Of a DNA stretch of 64,000 nucleotides, positions 58,818-64,000 are shown in pieces. The stretch is from Oculina patagonica (Eukaryota). The position numbers and the translations under genes were made by a program. The first letter of the stretch is position 1; each line of letters opens with the position of its first letter. The stretch is taken from contig NC_135759.1 of NCBI RefSeq assembly GCF_052425735.1, positions 34,224,001 through 34,288,000 on the forward strand, written 5' to 3'. The notes below the pieces were generated by a model. It was not told the DNA's origin and ran no database searches. It saw nothing but the letters and a program-made list of their open reading frames with translations.

Positions 58818-61800
58818 TCTATCTTTTTGTAAAAACATGCTGAGCCACCCCATTGACAGCAAAGAACGATTATATAACGCATGAAAAGGGAAACCAAAGA
58901 CCCTGTTATTGACAATTTTAGATATGCGTTATTGAAAGTACTAATGTAAAAAGAGGATTTCTAAGAAAAGTTTGAGAAACCCTGCCAGTAATATCACTCA
59001 AACTGTTAAATAAATGTAGAATGAATTGGCCTGCAGGCTGAGCAATAAACTTGTTAAACGTACAGTTTCCTCGCGTTTCCAAAAATCTGACATCCTAGCT
59101 AAAATTTTTCATTCTCGTCCCCAATGGCCGCGATCCTTCTGGTCTGCGCCAGGGATCGAACCTCTTATTATCGGTCAATTCCTTTGCCTTTCACAGAGAC
59201 TGCTGAGACCGGAGCGTTTCTTTCTCTAGAGATGTTATGTGCGCATGCAAGCGAAGCTAGATCCAATACTGGCCAATGATATTATTCAGCAAGAGAAGAT
59301 GAGCTCTTGTATTTATCCTTATGATGGCTATTACTTTTTACTGTGTTAAAAAATTCTTTTCTAGTTTTTCTATAGTTTCGTTTTAGAAGCCAAAGATCTT
59401 CCTTAATTGCCGGCGTTATAGTTACATCTTAATCGCTACACCTTAATTCCCTGACCATTTTACATACAATATTTTGTTTATTATCAGTCATTAGGTCTAT
59501 CAAGCCATAACTATCCTGCAACTAGGTCACTTTTTTGCGTATTCCCTTTACAGCGGTGCGTGAAAAATGGGCCTAACACAATTCCTCCAGAAACATTTAT
59601 TTGCAATTTGTCAGCCAGAAGGTTCTATTGACGATAGCCTCCTTGAAAATTTGGTTCTAAGCAGACAAGTTAATAAAATCGGCTATTTCGGTACTTTTTA
59701 GAAAGAAGAACAAACGTAATTTAAAAGTCAAGATATCGAGTAACTAATTATACTAGCTATTCCAGCCTAACCAAATAATGAAAATATTCCATAATTCAGC
59801 TGTCAAATATGATTTTGGCACAGGTGCTTGGACAAGCCGATTCTCCAAGAACTGTCTTCATTCCAATGTTTGCCGCCGGCAGACCGCAGTGGCTAATTTG
59901 CCTTAAAATATCAAAACCATTATGGCGGCTATTGTGAAAATGGTCTAACTGAACAAAAGATCCACGCCAGCAGTTAAACAAAGCTGTGCGCTTTGTAAAA
60001 ACATGCGACACGTTAAGACAAAGAGTAAACAGGAACCTGAGGAACCGGCGCGAAAAGATCCAGCTGATCATAGGTGAGTTATTATTTGTGTTAATAGTTC
60101 CTCTTATTGTTTTATCAAGAAGGCTTTTTTGTCTGTAACATTGATTAATTGATCACCGTTCTTCTTGTTCACAACTTTTCTTCCGTTTACAATAGTTTGG
60201 TTTGTATTCAAACCCTAATTTACACTTCTCCGCACCGTTTTGTTTACTTCGAATCTCAAATCGTTGTTTCTCTCTCCCTCTCTGTAAATCCAGCTTTCGG
60301 ATTTTAGAAGATATCTAACCTATTAAATAAATTTTTATACTCGAATTTTTTTACGCACATTAAAAGAACGGTTACCAAAAGGTATCATTTGTCTCAGATC
60401 ATGAGCGAACCACACAATACCGCAATATTTCAAATATTGTGTTGAATGAAACTTTGATCTCTTCCCACCCAAATGGCTCTAAACCAAGTAGGAAAAGCCA
60501 GCTATTTGTTCCGACATTTTGTAATTCGAGGGAAATTCATGATACGAGAAGAAACCCGAAAAATCCGCGAAAAACAACATTTGATAGTGGAACTAAATTT
60601 TCTAAAGATTGTAACCCAATTTTAAGTTTCCACCACGTGCAAAACTGAAATCACGGCAAGTCATAGGGCAAATTAAATGGTGTGGAAAGAAGAAGGAGCC
60701 AATCCTCTTTCTTCTCGTTACAAGTTTTAATTGAACCTTCGTTTTAAGGTGGCTAGTAATGGTTTAAATGGATCGATATACTTAACCTATATCAGTTGAT
60801 CCTAAATTAATGCTATCATACATATGATCAATCATTTGTAAACAAGTTCTGATCTTCTCCTTTTCATGACAGGTCACCATAGTAACAGTATAACCTGTTA
60901 GAAACATTCATAAATTTACCTTAACACTGATCGCAACCCACATTTTGTTATTTTTATAGCCTTTATTATTTTAATGACCTATCATAGTTAAATAAAAACC
61001 TCTGATCACCATGTAAAGAAACAACTTTTTTAAAGTTTAAAACATTCTCCAGAAGGAAGTAAGAGCCACCTTAGATGATTTTTCCAAAAGTTCAAGTATA
61101 GTAGCCTTGAACCTCTTCGGAGAATATTTTTAAACTTTTGCAAAAAGTTGTATCTCAGCTTTACATGCTGATCCCTGTGAAAGAGATTCCCGTAATCCGC
61201 AACAAAAGAAAAACATTTGAAGGTCCATGTTTACACGATCGCTGATTTAGCCACTACAGTTAACGATATAACGGTCGATGCGTGATGCATTTGATCCTGA
61301 TTTGATCCTATGATCACATTGACTACTGCGTGATCTTGAGTCCGCGTTCTTAGAGAAACGTTCTCGTAGCTATGACGACAAGTGCGGGAAATTAAAATTG
61401 AACAATATGGCGGACTCGCTTTATGGTCTTTTATTTATGATGTATAATTGTATACGTATTACCCGTGAGCTTAACTAGGCAAACTTAACACCATGTCCGA
61501 TTTGTTACGTTTATCTGCATTTGACCCTCGAGAAATTTGTAACAAAGAAATGGTATAGAACGAGAAAATTGAACGAAATGTATTTTCAATTCTATCTTTT
61601 ATCGTAGATGGATTCCTCATTGTGGATCGCGGGAACTTTTCCCCATACTCGAGACTTTCAATTAAAAGCAAAAACTAAAGCTGCATTCAACCCTTAACTC
61701 CTTTCTTTTTTATTAAGAAATCAAGGTCTTCAACTCGAATCGGATCAGCTAGAAATTGCGTTGATACTTTGAAGACCCGAATAACTGGTACCTGACAAAA

Positions 61801-62933
61801 GCTGTAAACATATCGTCCAAAACTCACTAACCAAACAGTGTGGCACCTTGAAGAGAGCAGGTTTTCTTGTTTTAACTCTGCCTTTTCCTGTCCCACCAGA
61901 AAGAACAAAAGGTGTTTTTTTTTTAAAAAAACTTAACCGGTTTGAATTTTAAACCTGAGACCGAAAGTCAACTGTTTATGTTTTGGTTTGAATCACAAGC
62001 GAATTGCCAAGAAAGTTACAGCCAAGAAAATGTCCAAATTGGTCGCTGGCGTTACTGTTGAAGCACGTGAAATGCATAGATTATGATCTAAAATTAATAA
62101 CGTTCAGCCGTGGTTTGGGAGTGGCCAACTTCGTCTATTCTTTTGTTCTTCTACAAGGTCTTGCTACGTCGAATTTCGCAGCAGTGGTGAGCGGTTTTTA
62201 TGGGGGAGCACAGTTTATCAGTCCCTGAAGGAATTTGAAAAGGACTTTCACTAAAGGTAATTAACTGATGCATCGCAATGTGGTCTTGTTTAAAGTTTCA
62301 GTTGGATTTGTTTAGTTTATACCGGCTGCTTGTGTGTGTTGTGTTATTTGTGGTCAAAATGTTGCTTAAGATGCGAATGGTTTAGTTATCATTCTTTCGT
62401 TAACGAGCTTTTTTTTGGTCGATGGAATGTTTTCAAAAATCTAAAGGAGCGGGTTCTTGACCACTTCGAGCTCTTAACCCGCTTTGATAAAATAGTAAAG
62501 TAAAGATGAACAATACATTTACTTTCCTTTAAAACTGAGTTTATCACTTAAAAGACGAAATATATTCCTTCCAATTTCGTGTAAAGAAAAGTTACCGCTA
62601 AAGGAAGGTTCACGTATTGTGTCAAGAATTCTGAATCTCGACATCCTAAGAAGATAAGCGCCGATAATTCAATGGTTGGTTTTTGGCTTGGTCCCAGCAT
62701 TGTCAAAGGTAATATATGAATTTGGCTTTGCAGCAGTCGACACGGAGCAAATTCATAGCTCATGTTGAATGCCACTGCTGCATCAGTACAAAATATGAAA
62801 TTTCTGTGTTCACAAAACACTGTACTCTTGCTATTACGGCTCCCAAGACTGAGTCCCGCTTTAATAGGGGTCTCCAACAGTCTGCAAACAGAACTGAATG
62901 GCTGCGTTTTCCGGTGTAAGAGCAGTAGCTCTT

Positions 62934-63066
62934 NNNNNNNNNNNNNNNNNNNNNNNNNNNNNNNNNNNNNNNNNNNNNNNNNNNNNNNNNNNNNNNNNNN
63001 NNNNNNNNNNNNNNNNNNNNNNNNNNNNNNNNNNNNNNNNNNNNNNNNNNNNNNNNNNNNNNNNNN
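62934..63066. other. Assembly gap (133 N)
   Basis: Run of N. Confidence 1.
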
Positions 63067-63200
63067 CGAAATACAACACAGCTCGTAAAATTAAAATATA
63101 CAGCGACACTGAACTAAAATTTCTAAATTGTATGTACTATGTGTACATTCTTATGCGAAGGTAAACGACTGATTCTGAGACGGTTTGCTGATGATGGTTC

Positions 63201-63407
63201 CAGTGGTGGACCCTGAGGTGCTCAAAAGGAGGGTCAAATAAAATGAACTGATAGTGGCCCCGACTGGTCCTGCCCTAAATAAAAGTGGGCCCTTTCTTTC
63301 TCCAATAGGAGGGGGGGGGGGGGGGAGGGGACATTTTTTACCTTTCGAGCCCTTTTGTTCCCTGCAAAAAGGGGGCAGGGACCCTCCCCTAGACGGATCT
63401 ACCATTG
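63201..63407. mobile_element. hAT-like MITE
   Basis: Ends CAGTGGTGGA / TCTACCATTG with a G-run-rich interior. Confidence 0.5.
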
Positions 63408-63477
63408 TCTTTTTCCCCTATCTTGCAGTTATTTCTATCAATCCTTCTGTTTCTCTACCACAGCCAGGAAGCTGGTA

Positions 63478-64000
63478 ATGCTGTTTTTATCAGAGGAGGC
63501 TAAGCTTGGTATAGTAAGCGGGGCAGTAGCGATTCTTATTCTTATGGTCATCTGTATGGTATGCAAGCTAAGCCGTCTACACAAACAGCCAGTGTATAAG
63601 GACTCCTCGTACCTCAAGAGCTCTGACAAAAGTACCGCTGGTAAGGTACCGGTGGCTCAATTCCCCAGCTTCGCAGCTGAGTGCAGTGAATGTGAGCAAG
63701 AGAAACGAAGCAAAATGAACGACGACATAGAGCTACAGACTGCTCAAAGGCTCAGTCCGCCACGAAATAAAGGAACAATTAAATTTACAATGGTTTACCA
63801 AAGTGATCTACAAACTTTATTACTGACCATTATTGAGGCAAGCCAGCTGGTGGGAAAAGACTTCTGGGATACTGTGGATTCCTACGTGAAAGTGAGACAC
63901 CAACCAGACGATGAAGGTATTTTAAGAAGGCAAACAGACGTGTTCAGAAAATCGACTAATCCAAAATTTGGACAAAGTTACGAATTTAACATGCAGTTAC
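63478..64000 (+). CDS. Second synaptotagmin-like protein (TM plus start of C2A), truncated by the window end
   Basis: Open frame from ATG 63478: MLFLSEEAKLGIVSGAVAILILMVICMVCKL...KGTIKFTMVYQSDLQTLLLTIIEASQLVGKDFWDTVDSYVKV...QTDVFRKSTNPKFGQSYEF. Splice acceptor just upstream; candidate 5' exon donor TAG|GTGAGT at 60073. Confidence 0.88.
   Translation, partial: MLFLSEEAKLGIVSGAVAILILMVICMVCKLSRLHKQPVYKDSSYLKSSDKSTAGKVPVAQFPSFAAECSECEQEKRSKMNDDIELQTAQRLSPPRNKGTIKFTMVYQSDLQTLLLTIIEASQLVGKDFWDTVDSYVKVRHQPDDEGILRRQTDVFRKSTNPKFGQSYEFNMQL

Noticed and set aside
60037-60066. Hammerhead-like CTGAGGA...GAAA...ATC
   Set aside because: Stems I and II cannot pair.
62548-63164. ORFs next to or across the N gap
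   Set aside because: No recognisable domain; the gap-spanning ones are artificially extended by Ns.
1-64000. Prokaryotic operon, defence system or autonomous transposase/RT gene
   Set aside because: Spliceosomal introns and animal genes throughout; no intact transposase, RT or Cas ORF seen.

Overview
AT-rich, intron-containing animal genomic DNA. The repeat families (Penelope/hammerhead remnants, Deu/Nin- and V-type SINEs, many MITEs) suggest a cnidarian, probably a stony coral; this is inference. Genes, left to right: (1) the 5' part of an uncharacterised membrane-protein gene on the minus strand, head-to-head with (2) an 11-exon WDR45/WIPI4 autophagy gene whose first exon has no in-frame ATG; (3) a 318-aa orphan ORF; (4) a Ca2+-independent synaptotagmin-like gene, followed by a sense-strand type I hammerhead ribozyme in a highly structured retrozyme-like element that may lie in its 3'UTR; (5) four intronless-CDS Kelch-like genes (D on minus; A, B, C in tandem on plus) with an unusual architecture: N-myristoylation/palmitoylation motif, BTB, BTB, BACK, degenerate Kelch; (6) the start of a second synaptotagmin-like gene that runs off the window and is missed by the ORF track. 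The Kelch array arose by tandem duplication of a unit containing the shared divergent promoter. As a result, A and B carry 3' flanks antisense to the 5'UTR of D. There is a 133-N assembly gap at 62934-63066. All calls were made by eye, without database searches.
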